Program-made: the position numbers and the translations under genes
Shown here: positions 13,889-28,800 of the stretch, one piece after another
Position numbering within the stretch: position 1 is the first letter of the stretch
How the letters are laid out: every line of letters begins with the position of its first letter
The notes under the pieces: model-generated
The model's input: only the letters and a program-made list of their open reading frames with translations
What the model was told of the DNA's origin: nothing
Database searches by the model: none
NCBI GenBank assembly: GCA_030141605.1
Contig: JAQGDQ010000706.1
Span: forward strand, 1 to 64,000
Source: Tubiluchus corallicola
Lineage: Eukaryota > Animalia > Priapulida
Direction of reading: 5' to 3'
DNA length: 64,000 nt

Positions 13889-16800
13889 GTGAGAACCTTG
13901 ACGGCTTGAAGTTGAGTGAAAAGACAGACGCCAAGTATGACTTTGGCAAGTCAAATGACTTAGGCTTGGAGGATTTAGCCAATTTATTCTTTCAAAAACA
14001 TTTCAAACATTTCTTTTAATTTGAGTTGTAATTAGATTAACTTAGCTGTATGGTCGTGTTGATGTTAATGAGTAATGGCATTCCTCTCATTTTCCCACAG
14101 TAACACCCTCACATGGCTTTGAGCCAGTGATGGACAACTCCTCCCTTGAGCAATTAGGCATGCTCAGAAATTGTTCTTTACAAAATACAATAAAACTTCC
14201 TAAAAGTAAAAGCAGAAGATCACTTGACATTTTTGTTAATCCTACCTTGTTACAATGTACATTTTCACAGTGAATAACTACTGTATTGAAAATTCTAGTT
14301 TACCTGTGGCACTGGATTATTTAATCTAGATGTTTAGATCAGTCTTTATTGTCTTGTTTACATTGAGTTTAAGAAAAGTCTAATGGCACGTTCAGTCATA
14401 GAGACTTATCTCATAATTTGTTGCACAACTTCTCTTTATTGCACAACAAGTTGCGAGAGAAGTTGCCAAGCCATTCACATGTTGCTAAAAGTTGAGAGAA
14501 AAGTTGCCAAGCTGTTCACATGTTTCAACAAGTTGTGAAAGAAGTTGCCAAGCTGCTCACATGTTGCAACAATTTGAGAGAGAAGTTGCCAAGCCATTCC
14601 AACGTTGCTACAAGTTGTGGGAGAAGTTGCCTAGCCGTTCACATGTTGCAACAAGTTGTGAGAGAAGTTGCCAGCCATTCACACATTGCTACAAGTTGAT
14701 AGAGAAGTTGCCTAGCCATTCACACGTTGCTACAAGCTGAGAGAGAAGTTGCCAAAAAGCTATTCACACGTTGCAACAAGTTGTGAGAGAAGTTGCCAAG
14801 CTGTTCACATGTTGCAACAAGTCGTGAAAGAAGTTGCCAAGCTGCTCACATGTTGCAACAAGTTTAGTGAGAAGTTGCCAAGCTGTTCACACATTGCAAC
14901 AAGTTGCGAGAGAAGTTGCCAAGCTATTGAAATGTTGCAACAAGTTGAGAGAGAAGTTGCCAAGCCGTTCACACGTTGCAACAAGTTGTGAGAGAAGTTG
15001 CCAAGCCATTCACACATTGCCACAAGCTGCAAGAGAAGTTGCCAAGCCATTCACACATTAGAGAAGTTGCCAAACTGTTGACACATTAGAGAAGTTGCCA
15101 AGCCGTTCACACATTAGAGAAGTTGCCAAGCCGTTCACACATTGCAACAAGCTGTGAGAGGAGTTTTTGCATCTGAACGTGCCATTAGTTTTAGCTAAGT
15201 ACTGTATTTGAGTACATGTAGATTTCTTTATAATGCTGCATCAATATGCATTCATTGCCAGGTAACACATATGATTCATATTAAAGTTCATTACCTATCA
15301 ATTTTGTACCTATTACCAAGTTATGTTTTCAAATACGAAATCCTGTGTAATTACCAATAGCTGCTTGCTTTGCTTATGCTTACATATACATGCATCTAAA
15401 AGACCTTTTGATTTCAAATTATGCTGTATTATGCACACATGTGGACATACAGACTGTTACGCATAAAACCATGATCTAAGCTTTTGTTTGTTTTCTAATA
15501 AACATCTGTGTGAGATAGTAAAAATGACAGAACATAATATTATAGTGAGTGAGAAAAAAATAAAGATTACTTTTGTGAGTAAAATGTTCAGTGACGAAGT
15601 ATGAAAAGTGACATTTTCAAAGGCATACGTAGTTGCTGGCTGCACCAATTTTTATTAAATTGGTCCTGCTGTTAATTGTGTGATCCATAGTTGGGTTTAC
15701 AGAATGCCAGTGTATGAAAAAAGCTGTGTAATTGCAATAGGGCTGCTGCAAGCGCATTAGCAGATAGAAAAGTACTTACTAACTGGAACATAACTTACTA
15801 CAATGTTAGTATCAATTGACGAGCCAATGAAACCCCACCACTAAGCTATATGTTTTTCTGAACACAGAAATTAACATCTGATTTTGTTTTTCAAAAAAGT
15901 GATTTAATTTGCCATGTGTTTTTCAGAGTCCTGTGCGAGCCACCCTTGCCTGTATGGCGGAACGTGTGTGGTTCAGGGTTCGTCCTACCTGTGTCATTGT
16001 GTATCGGGTACTTCAGGTACTAATTGTGAAATAGGTAAGCTTATTTATTGCTGTTCAACGTATATTAGCTGTTGACAAAAAATTATACAGTTTGTCTCCA
16101 ATCACTTTTAAATGGATGGATGCTTGATGTTGTTAAATTACATTTTGTTCGTAGTGGCCAAAGTTGCATTTCCACACACACAATAATTTAGTTCATGAAG
16201 TGGATTAGAATTAGAATTAGTATTTAAATTATACGGGGTATTGTAAACTTTTTCCTTCTTAGTTTATTGTACTTTTGTTTAATGTTACTGATGTATACTT
16301 TTTCTATAAATGAATAGTTAATAAATAAAATAAATTACATTCATGTTGGGTTGATTTTGGAAATTTTTCTGATAATGCGATTTTGTTTGGCACTCTTAAG
16401 TCTCGTTTACACAAATTGAAGAAATGACTTTGTAACATTTGCAATGTTTAATGGTAACTTTCACTAATTTTCAAAAAATTTACCTATTACAAATGTTTAT
16501 TTACCTCTTATTTACTGCATTTAATGTAAAAATGCTCGATCTGAAATGAAATTGAGCATTTTAAACTGTTTTAGTTCTGATATGTTTCCATTCATGGCTT
16601 TGATTTTCATTGCTCAGCTATTTCATTCTTTTGTTTAGATGCGGATGTTTATTTATTTATGCTGACTTACTTATTTATTTATATTTATTTATTTATTTAT
16701 AATTAATATATATTATATATAAATAAATGGATTTAGATTTAACATTTTTGATATTCTTTTCGCCATGTTTTTATTCCTGGTTTGTTAATTAATAAGAACA

Positions 16801-19800
16801 GAACATACGTATGTTTTGCTCTATGTGTATCTTTAATTTTAGATATAGCTGAGTGCTCGTCGTCACCTTGTCAAAATAATGCGACCTGCTCTGAATTTGT
16901 CACCTTTTATGTGTGTCAGTGTGCATCTGGTTTCACTGGAACAAACTGTGAAACAGGTACGAAATTTCTCACAGTTATTGCGTAAGATACTTCTGTTAAA
17001 TGTACTGTTAATTATTAATACTTGGTAACAATAATTATTTCTTATGAGCAAAAATAGGCAGTGACACTTAATCAAAAAATAAAAAAAGAAAGAAAGGCTG
17101 CAACGTTTCTTCAGGTGAACAAAAAAAGACAAAGAAGAAAAATTACAAGACGTATTGTTTCTTCGCGATTTTTTCTTATGCTATTTTCGTTCGCTTGAAT
17201 AAGAACTACAGTGATAGTTCGAAATGTCAAAAAAGACAAAGAAGAAAAAATCACAAGACGTATTGTTTCTTTGTAATTTCTTTCTTATGCTATTTTTGTT
17301 CACCTGAATAAGAACTACAGTGATAGTTCGAAATGTTGAGCCCGTTTTTCGTTTTGTTTTTTTAATTTTGGAATTTTGATATTCATTCACTGTTATTTGG
17401 CTTGATGTGGTTAAGGTTTAAATGCTATATACGTACTACAAATTAAAGTTGCATAGTCCATAAATACAAATGCTTAGTTGGGAAGAAACAGATGCAAGTT
17501 ACATATTTCAAAACACGTGGAAGTTGTGTTTCAGAGTTTTCAAATGTTTGCTTTTAAAACAGTTCAGGATTTTCTGGTGTTTGTGCCTCAGGCCAGAACA
17601 AGCTTTGAATGCATTAGATAGTTTGGATCATTGATGCATTGTATTTTATGCTAAAAGTGTGCTAAGAATAGCTTAAAAACATTGTCGAAGTTTATAATCA
17701 TTTTGCAACAAGATCAAAATGCAATTCACGTTTTAAAGTAATAAGCAATAATAATGAGGCAGTCTGTGCACTTTTATGGGGATAACTCTTCAAGGAATGT
17801 AATGTAATATTTGTGTGAAAGTCATGTTCAAAGTTGTAGATCACTCACTTTGTTATGATTTAGTTTAGGCACAGAAGTATGAACAAGAATAAAAAATCTA
17901 TAATACATATTTGCACTGCACACAACAGAAAAGTGTTTATTAAACTACAAACACATGAGTAGAATGACTGCTGCACTGAACACTGAGAATGAGAGTGTCC
18001 TGCGCTGAACACTGAGAGTTAGAGAGTGACTAGAAAGCAAAACCAGTCAGTATATATAGGTATAGGTGACCTATGCAGACTTGCACAGGCTTCACAACAA
18101 CAACCATTACTTTAAAATAGGGAGAGAACCAGTGAATATGCATTCACTGGACCATACAATTATACTGGGGGTAAGTCAGCTGGTAGAATGTAACAGGATT
18201 AGTTCATAGATGGCAGCACCTAATTAAAAATGTACAATTCCAACTTCCACAATTTGTTTCCACTTCAAGCAAAATATTTTCACAAAATTTATCCAAAAAA
18301 CACTGAATTTCTACACAACAGCACAAAATAAATAATATTTTGTTTGCCTGCCAGAATTTAAAAGGATTTTGTGCATTCTGACTGAGGTTTGGAAAGAATT
18401 ATTGCAAACAAAAGACTGGAAGTATTAGTAGTTAGAGGGAAGTTGAAGGGGAAAACAGGTAGGATGGATTAGTTAGGAGTGACAATCTTGCTGATGCAAC
18501 CACAATGTTCATTTTTTAAGTCATAGTCTGTTGCCATAGTCATAGTCATAACTGCATCTGTTATGTGGAGATTCTTGTTTTTAATTGTCCGTGTTTTTAA
18601 TTGTGTGTCTAACTGTCAACCATGTCAGTGACTTGAACACATACATTGTCGTAGGTGCTCATTATTGTTTTGTTTTGATTACTTTTATTTACGCAGATTT
18701 TGACGAATGTTACTCAAACCCGTGTGTCAACGGTCAGTGCGTAAATAAGCCCGATGGCTACATTTGCAAATGCGATGGAAATTACGCGGGAACCCACTGT
18801 GAAACAGGTTTATCATTTTTATTTCGTTTTCTGAAATATTCAAGTATCTTTATGGATTTAAGTTTATTTTGCCGCCATCAGTAATGATGCCCAACACACC
18901 AAAATGGCATTTGTTTGGATCGTGCACGAAATCTTGTTATTGTAATTGTTGGTGATATACTTATTTTTCAAAACTCTCGCAGGGCGCAAGTTTTCGCTGT
19001 AGGAAACTGAAATTTTGCTTGAAGATACTACAGTGGTGACTGATTTACCACTTTCCCAATGTGGCCCTCAAATATGTGCGTTAAATAGATGTGTCTTATA
19101 CATTGTATTATTTTGTTTTTTTTTCATTCTAATGTATATATAATTGTGTGCATTCAAAATTTCAACATATAAACAAATACTATGACAAAAATAAATTCCT
19201 TCGGCAATTTTTTATAGAAACTAATAACTCCTTAAGTGCTGAGCAAATTAGATGTGCTGGACCCAAGCACATTGATGCTTTCATTCTAATTATTTTTAGC
19301 ATCCTGTATTTGTTGAGTTTATGGCATTTAATTTTTATATAGATTGTCATTTTAATGCTTTTTCATAGCTATGTCTTAGCGTAAAAAGATCAGAATAGTT
19401 AATGAACTTCTAAGTGTTGTAAAGAATTGTTAGTAAACTTCTAAGTGCTGTAAAGAATAGTTGGTAAACTTCTAAGTGTTGTAAAGAATAGTTAGTAAAC
19501 TTCTAAGTGTTGTAAAGAATAGTTAGTAAACTTCTAAGTGTTGTAAAGAATAGTTAGTAAACTTCTAAGTGTTGTAAAGAATAGTTAGTAAACTTCTAAG
19601 TGTTGTAAAGAATAGTTAGTAAACTTCTAAGTGTTGTAAAGAATAGTTAGTAAACTTCTAAGTGTTGTAAAGAATAGTTAGTAAACTTCTAAGTGTTGTA
19701 AAGAATAGTTAGTAAACTTCTAAGTGTTGTAAAGAATAGTTAGTAAACTTCTAAGTGTTGTAAAGAATAGTTAGTAAACTTCTAAGTGTTGTAAAGAATA

Positions 19801-22710
19801 GTTAGTAAACTTCTAAGTGTTGTAAAGAATAGTTAGTAAACTTCTAAGTGTTGTAAAGAATAGTTAGTAAACTTCTAAGTGTTGTAAAGAATAGTTAGTA
19901 AACTTCTAAGTGTTGTAAAGAATAGTTAGTAAACTTCTAAGTGTTGTAAAGAATAGTTAGTAAACTTCTAAGTGTTGTAAAGAATAGTTAGTAAACTTCT
20001 AAGTGTTGTAAAGAATAGTTAGTAAACTTCTAAGTGTTGTAAAGAATTGTTAGTAAACTTCTAAGTGTTGTAAAGAATAGTTAGTAAACTTCTAAGTGTT
20101 GTAAAGAGTAGTTAGTAAACTTCTAAGTGTTGTAAAGAATAGTTAGTAAACTTCTAAGTGTTGTAAAGAAAAGCATGTGCGTTTACTGTACTAAATTAAA
20201 GTGTAAGAGAAAACAGAAATCTCTTAAAACTTTTTATTTGGATTTTGCTATTTAGGTATTTAAGAAATATTTAGTGGTTTATTACGTTTTTCCATTTGAA
20301 TATTGTGTACACTTGTTTGTTGAAATTCGTGATTTTTCTTATATGATTATTGTGAGATTTTTGTTAATAACTGTTAGTATTACATCATTTTTTGTTGTTT
20401 AGAGGTACATAAAAATAGCTGTTTATATGTGTAGTTCTGAACATGAACTGTTTTTTAATTTGCTTTTATGCAAACGTCATGCCAAATAGTAGCAATGATA
20501 TTTTGCAAAGTTCATTTACTGTAAATATGTACTGCGGTTATGCATTCCAGTAAAGCTGGCTTGTGTTGTGCTCTTTTGTATTGTAGCTTTGACTCGTACG
20601 TACATTTGTATCTCGGTTAGCTGGACCTCGCTTTTACAGATGTCGGAAAAATCGGACAAAATCTGGACTGTTAAAAGTCCAGCATAGTACGGACACAGGC
20701 CGTTGTTTTGCCAGCTGACTGCTGGTTGGCAGGGCGCCACTTTGTTTACATCATTACATCAGTGCAAGCAAGCAACATGTAACGACGCGTGTGTAGGTTG
20801 CATGTCAGGAGCCACCCATACTAGATCTTTTGTGACAATTAGGCGATTGATTCTACATTACTGTGAGTCTAATAACCTGTATTAGCTTAGTATCGGTAAA
20901 TACGGACAATCGGCAAATTCGGACCGAACATCTCCCGCTTTTGTCCGGGAAACCGAGATATGAGTGTATAGTGTGAAGTTAACAGAAGCATCTGCAGTCT
21001 TAAGCAGAACGGCTTTCACTCATTCCAAATGTTTAACTAGAGAACACAATTTGTTTCCTACCCCCAAAACAAATTACGATAATAATAAAGTTGTTTCACT
21101 TTATACCAAATCTGTGAGGGAGTCATATGTCCTCTTTTTTGTGTTTTTTTCTGCTCTCAAGTTCATTTCTGTTTTTATACATCTACTTCTGTGCATCATT
21201 AAACTAAGCAAGCAACGCAAATAATTGTATGAACGATTTCTCTAGTTGTGGCTTTTTGGGACAACCTGTATGTACACCTGCGCTGTTAATAAGGAAGTTG
21301 CCTTAGCACATATTCACGCAGGAAAAAACTTGATTAATAAACTGAAACATACAACATGGAGAAAAAAAATCTGTAATCCTATAATGGTACTCTTGGATAC
21401 AAATATATAGGTTTATGTATGTGCATGTTGTAAAATTATTTTAGAAAAGAACACGTGTGATTTCCTGCACGAATTTGCTTGCTGGAGGTTAGAAGGTATA
21501 GTAAGCTATAGGTTAAAAACACACACAATTGCTTGACTTTTTGTTCAGTTTTAACAATATTTTTATTTCTAGAAGTGGATAAGGTTTGCATAGCCGACCC
21601 AAGTCCTTGTCGTAAGCCGGATGCAAATTGTACGAGGTACATGAACCATGATATGTGTTGCGCGGCATTGGAAACAAACCCTTCTGAGCAAACCTGTCAA
21701 GCTGGTATGTATATAGGTATTATACGCGTACACGTTGTAGGTTTCTCGCTTGTTCTCAAGTGGCCAGCGGTCAGGGTAGAAGGTTTTACAAGAAAGGATG
21801 ATGTACATTGGTCAGTGGTCATGGATTTATAAAGGAGCATTGTACATTTTTTCATTGAGTTTGAGTAGCTGCTTAAAATTATGTGTCGAAAGCCACACTG
21901 CTAGAAACATTTTAAGCCACCGACTTCTCATTTTGCATTTTGTAACCTAAAACCGATTCTCATTGCATTTTACTGTTTTCCTAACAAATTATTGCTAAAA
22001 ACAATCATTTTAAGAAGGAACCACCAGATCAGTGTACAGGTATGTAAACTTCATGGGTGTTAACTCAGGTGTAATATTACTTTTTCTGTATTGACACAAT
22101 TTTGCTATGCAACATTTTGTTTGTTTGCGAATGTTTACAAAATGCGGCTATGTTACTGTTTGTTTAGTCTTGGAATTTTTATCATTTCTCGCAAGGGATT
22201 CTGTTACCCTTTTTTTAAATAGTGCCAATTCTTCGAGCAAAACTAACTGTACAGTATGGATATGGGCTCCGTTATTGTAAAAGTACTGCTCTGAGATCAT
22301 GATTATAAAGACTATATAGAGTCAAAACAGCCTCCTGTGTTACAGAATACAATATGCATCATTCAAAAGGGAATATTGATAATTACCAATATGCTACGAT
22401 TGATTTTTCTATACTCATCTTTATTTTTTCAGTTTATGCTTGTAATGCCAACCTTTGTATGCACGGAGGCACTTGCTATATTGATACGGTCAGTCATGTT
22501 AGCTTAAAGTTTGAATACTTTTGTCATTGTCCATATGGTTATGCGGGTCGCAACTGTGAAGCAGGTAAATACATTTTGTGACATTGAAAATGAATTTTCC
22601 CTGTATCCTGTTATTACGAAGGCGGGGTGGTTGAGTGGTTACGGCACTTGACTGTCGATTTCGATGCCTCTGGTTCGAGTCCCACTCGTGTACAGGTTTT
22701 TTAAACCTTT

Positions 22711-22806
<96 letters not shown>

Positions 22807-25800
22807 AATAATCTTTATTTAAAGTCGGCTTTTGGGTCAACAATTATCATTAGCTCAAAGAGCTATTATCGCCGACTGTAAATAACAACCTACAACTACA
22901 TAACAGAGACTATTATTACCCCACTTTTACCCTAAATACCACGTGTCAGGCAGGGCAACAGCAGGTACCATTTTTAAAGTCTTTGGTATGACCCGGCCGC
23001 TGGTTCGAACTCACGACCTCCCAGACGGAAAGCAGACGCATTACCACTAGACTAAACCGTCTGGTTGATTGGTTGCATTGCTAGGCCTACACAACCTTAA
23101 TATAGAGTGGCACGTCATTTACTTGAGCAAGAAAAGTGGCGGAGTGGCAGGCTAGCCACCGGTCATCTTTATGTGTCAATGCTTCATAAGTACGAGCCCA
23201 GAGCCGTGCAGTTTCAGCTAAGCTTCAGCCGATTTATTTCTACAGCCGACCACGCCGATGATAAAATCCAGTTTTAGTCGAGCCAGCCTCTCGGTGGTGG
23301 GAGTCGAGCTAACCGACAATTTTTTCCACTCCAAACAAAGATTTTCACTCTTGTGATATTCTCGTGATGCTGCAAAAGTGGAAATCACTGATTGCAATAT
23401 GGCAAACGCATTGCGGATTTGCGGTCAGATTGTGCGTGTGCTGGCAGAGATGCTAAACTTTAGAAATTTTTGAACGAGAAAGCGGGTTAATTTAAAATTA
23501 AACACACAAATGGGCAGCATTAGTCACACGCGTGGGATCATTTTGGTGTTTTCGCATTGATTCGTCGTTAATCAAGATAAGCTTCGCCAAGAGTTGGATT
23601 GAAATAATATAATAATAATAATTTTATATTTCATTACCAGCACAGTTTGTTGTTAAAGTTTTTAGCTGTGATGTAGCCTTCTAGAATTCCTGAACAAGAA
23701 TAGCAACAATAACAATAATATATATATATATATAATTGCATAATCAAATGTGTAAAATTTTAATAATTATTTTGTATTAGAATGTCGAAATGCATAATCA
23801 AATGTGTAAAATTTAATAATTATAGAAACGTGTAATCGAATGTAGAAACGTGTGCTTGTAGTATTCATTTGTACTCGAACAATAAATATTTATGAAAATG
23901 CGAATTTGATGTTTGGTCAATCACTCTTTCTCTCTAAAACAAAATTTTCTCCAAAATGCTCAATTAAACGGCGTGCTCTAATGTGCACGTATTATGCAAT
24001 CACAAAACCGATTGACGCGACCTTAGAGTAACCACGTATGTGCAAACATACATCGCCCACGGTTCATTAAACGACGTAGAATAATATAATAATAATAATT
24101 TTATATTTCATTATCTGTACAGTTTGTTGATAAAGTTTTTAGCTGTATTGTAGCCTTCTAGAATCGTTCAAAGTCTGTTTTTAATGAATTTCTTAATTTC
24201 GTTAAGCTAACTAAACTAACGAAAGCTAACTAAAAAATGTCGTTTTTCATCTTTTAGACATAAATGAATGTTGGAGTGAACCATGCCTAAATGGTGGTAC
24301 TTGCGTGAACTCGTTGGGAACTTATCATTGCATCTGTGGGCGTGGCTTTAATGGTTCTCGATGCGAAACGGGTAATTCAGAAACTAGCAGCTATTTTAAA
24401 ACTGTTTAATAATTGTAAATAATTCATTGGACAATTATTATTTAAATTCGAATATTCAAATAAATTATAGCAAACTTTAATTACTTGCTAATGTGGTGTT
24501 TGTAAGTGTTTAACAAGAAGAATTCGTGACCAGTAGGATTGTTAACATCATAAAATAAATACAGAAAATTCAGTTTTCTGTTTGCATCCGGAGTGCATTA
24601 TACCACGAAAATCTTTTTTAAAGTGTTATGCACTTTTCTAGGAGAATTGCAGTTAAAGGAAAAAAGTTGAAAAATATTTTTTTATTTCCGCTAGCCCATT
24701 ACTATAAATTTTCTTCTTCTAGCCGTGTGCTAAACAAATGATTGTCAGCACCCACTTAAGCAAAGACGTGACTATTTATTACAACATAGTCATCCGCAAT
24801 GTTTCAACCATAACAAGGTCATGATCATGGAATTCTACTTATTAGAAATATAATGTATAAAAATTAATATTGAGAGACCAAAATCCACATTGTGAAAAGC
24901 AAACAAATCAATTTCTAAATAGTAAACTTACAGAGTGGGTAGTTCATTGTCAAATGACAGAAGAAATAAAGTTGTGTTACTCCAATATGACATATTCTCT
25001 GGCTAATGCCTGTGTGTGGCAATAGGAGAAACCTTTGCATCAAATTACTTTACCATGCGCCTTTGTAATAAACATGGAATTAATTTTGAGTCGTATCAAC
25101 ATAGATGACAAATTCTGAGTCTCAAATTATTAGAAGAAAGACGCATAATTTCTAATTTGTGCATGTGTCACAAAATTATGCATAAGGATGTTGATTAAAG
25201 TGGAAACATTTTTTACCAAAACTTTAAATAATAAAACTAAAAGTAATCACTCGTTTTTAGTCTTTGTAAGGCGTACATGTAAGACACATTTTCATGAATT
25301 TTTCTCATATCGTGTTGTTCCAATATGGAACTCATTACTTCTGTAAATGATTTGCCATTAGTTACTGCAGTAAATGTTACGTTATTCCGTAAAAGACTTG
25401 AACATGCTGATTTAACAAGGTTTCTTAACTTCGATAGATGCATGTAAGTAGCTTTGCTCTCTGTGTCTTTCTGTACATCTTAATAAGTGCTAATTACGTA
25501 GTGTGCTAGTAGTTGTACAGCATTTTTATTTTTTTAATGAATGGCATTTTATGTACTAATAGATGTGAATAAACTAAACTAAAGCAAACAAATATGAACA
25601 ACAGTGCAAACAAGCAGCTGCAAGGGGTAGAGAAGAAAGTTGATCATTAAGCTCTTGCTGAATTTCTTTTTCGTTCTTAGTTGCCTGGATTGAAGTGGGT
25701 TGCTATCGTGATAAGGAAAGACATCGGGACTTGCTTCTTTCTGAAGACTTCATGTATGCGAGTCCGTTCAAGTGTGCAGGGTACTGCCTCCTGCAGGGTT

Positions 25801-28800
25801 TCAAGTATTTCGGTTTGCAATTTGGGGTCCAGTGCTGGTGTGGGGCTCCATATGGTCGTCACGGAGAAACGACGAAAAGAAAATGCGACTATCCTTGTTA
25901 CTTAGATAATCAGACGATATGCGGGGGTGATCTTCATAACAGCATATTTGCAGCTTTTGGTGGGTATCACAGTTGTAAATAGAAATAGTTTGAATTGATA
26001 CTGATATAGATACAGGGATGAGAATTTTGCGCGGATACGTGGAATTCCGAGTTTTTTGGAAGACCAGTAGTGCCATTTTTGTAAATCGCGTAAATTCGTT
26101 GAGAAAATTTTTACGGACCCAATACATTATTTCACAAGCTGACCGCTAGTTGGCAGGCCGTCACTTTGTTTACATCACGTACATCAGTGTAACCACGTGT
26201 ATATCTCTATGTATAAAAATATAGAATCAATTGTGCAGAGTTATTTGAGTCAATTACAGACAGTTTTTATATACTTTTGCATAGGAGCGGCCAGTACTTA
26301 CACATTTTTGAGACAATTAAGTATCATGTATACTGGATAGTTGGGTATTTTAAATTAAGCATGAAACAAGGTAATTGATATTTTAAGTCCGCTTAGAGGT
26401 TCTCTATGGTCACAAAATCGCAATTTGTTGCTGGCTCCAAGGGGGCCTAGGTGACCCCAAAAACTCCGGCCTGTTTCAGAGTTTTTTGCAATTTGTCATT
26501 CTCATCCCTGTAGATATATCTTTTATTGTTAAATATAGCATGTGTTAGTGCGTCCACATTACCAAAATTTCGACGCGCATTCTGGAAACGCAAACATTCC
26601 CGCCAGTGTCCACTACCGTGAGTCTAGTTAGATTCTTCCAGGTTTTACCTGAATTTAAAAAAAATAAAGAAATTCTGGTTATAATCTGACTTCTTCATTC
26701 TTTGCATTATGGTAGGCTGTATTATAGCGTAAGCTGCCATGTTGCACTTAGCTACTTCCCAAATGTGTTTGGCGCATTGCACTTTTCATTCAGGGTCGCT
26801 TGTAAAAGTCATAGGGTTCTATGCTCGTTGCCGAGGCAGAGGTTATAAAGTTCGGAAACGGCTGATTTGCCAAGCTGTCGGTAAAATTTTTCATGTTTTG
26901 CCTAGAGAACGTCTCAAACATGGCATTATCAAAGCCTGCAGGAAAAACAGTTTCTCTGCAGGGGAAACAGAGACTGAACCAGGAAATGTTGAGTATTATT
27001 CTGAAAAAGATGTTAGTATTTATAGTGATTAATTCTTGTACTAAAACAATTCATCGCACTTGAACTATATAATTTAGACCTCAATTTTCCGGATTCTCAT
27101 AAAATGTGACAGCAACAAACTGCTTAGATTCTGGCCCTGGTCCACGAAATTCTAGCCCTGGTCCACATAATCTTTGCTAAGCTTCCTGTGCCCATTTTCT
27201 TCATGTTGTGCTTCTAATGAACTGACTTTCTAAACTTTTTCTTTTTGAATACAGTAAATGAATTGTCAAATGAAAGTAAAATATAGCAGTAAATAGATAT
27301 TATAAGTGGCTCTTCTACTGTGGTGTGCTGTCTATGGTTTTGTGTTTTTTAACCAAGATGATCTGTTTTAGGTCTTTAAATAAACTTTTTAAACTTTGGT
27401 TATTGTTTTCCTGCAAAAATATTCAAAAAGTAAAAAAAGTTACGGTGAAATTATTGTACTGGTCGTTGTTTCATTTATTATGTTCATATTTTGAAATGTG
27501 AAATTTTTCTTTTTGCACGCGAGTCCTTTCTTATTAGTTTCCAATTGATTATAAATGATTTGTGATTGATCGTGCTTCGTCTGTCACTTGTCTGCTGATT
27601 TTGTGAATAGTACGTAGTACGTGATGTCCTGTCTCGTGTTTTTACTTTTATGCTGATCGCGTATCAATAATTGCTGTTTTGCAGTTCATTGCATGTCCGG
27701 TCCTTGCCAGAATGGCGGGAAGTGCGTCGAGCGCTTGACCGGCTATGATTGCAACTGCGAGAGGGGTTTCACTGGTGAGATCTGTGAAGCAGGTAAAGTT
27801 TGTTCTGACGCAATAAAACTTTTATAAACGAGCACAGTGTCCTGCTAAGACAGGTAGTTGACTAACTTGCCATAGAATTATCATTTGGGGCGGCCACAGT
27901 TATACTTCGTATTATAGTGTGGTCATTTTTTTATACACTGTCACAGTGTAAGCCGGTCAGTGTATGGCAAGCTGAATGGCAAGGTCTAACTCAAGTTTGT
28001 GCCATATTTGAACTTGGTTCAGTTAGCAAGGATATCCTGCTAAGGTGAGCCACTGAACCAACAAAGGTTTCTCAGCCACATTCGTATGTGCATACATCCT
28101 ATGAGATAAGCAATAGGTAAGCTGAATGAATAAACAAGTTTAGCTTCTCAAATAAACAAACAGATAAAATAAACAAATTCTTTTCGCTACTGAAGTTAAT
28201 TGCTAATTACCTTTTTCTTATTTATTTATTTATTTACTTAATTATTCAGTCATCATATAAGACATATTATGCTTTACAAACTAACAGAGTTGAATGCAAA
28301 ATAAAGCAAAATACGTAACGTCCATGTGTTTACGAAAAAATTAATGGGTTAATAACAGTTAACTCACGCTGTACACTTTCAAAAAATCTATTTTTGTAAC
28401 TGGTCAGATGTAAGATTTAATTTACATATTCGCTATGGTGGTATCTATTTGTCTGTACAATTTTCTCTTGTCAGCGTGTTGTATCAATAAGCCTTTTCAC
28501 AGTTTCGTTGTGTGCACGCACAGTTGCTGTAGGTCAAAGGTTAAGTGTACCATAGCAACGCGTCTTAACTACAACCTTCACGTGACATGTGGGTAAAGCA
28601 AAGCCGTCTGCTGCATCGGTTCAGTTACTTCAGTTGTTTTCCGTGGACTTTGCTTAATTATGCATTAGTCTGTGCGCAGACAGATTTACTAGCAGGATCT
28701 TGCTTGAGAACAAGAAGAAATGAACTAGGTAAGATCCTAGTTAACTGTTAAAATTGTTACCATTACAATAGCATGGGCTGCAAGGCGTTGAGTTTTTTGG

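Noticed and set aside
19392-20170. 31-bp repeat array as a CRISPR
   Set aside because: Units are contiguous with no unique spacers, the context is a eukaryotic intron, and there are no cas genes. The same applies to the 41-, 55-, 99- and 100-bp arrays.
22618-22692. Functional tRNA-Asp gene
   Set aside because: Acceptor and anticodon stems do not pair properly; kept only as a tRNA-derived pseudogene or SINE head.
23603-24164. Short local direct duplications (also ~17115-17335, 30199-30458, 50870-51290)
   Set aside because: Ordinary intronic tandem or segmental duplications with no further structure seen.
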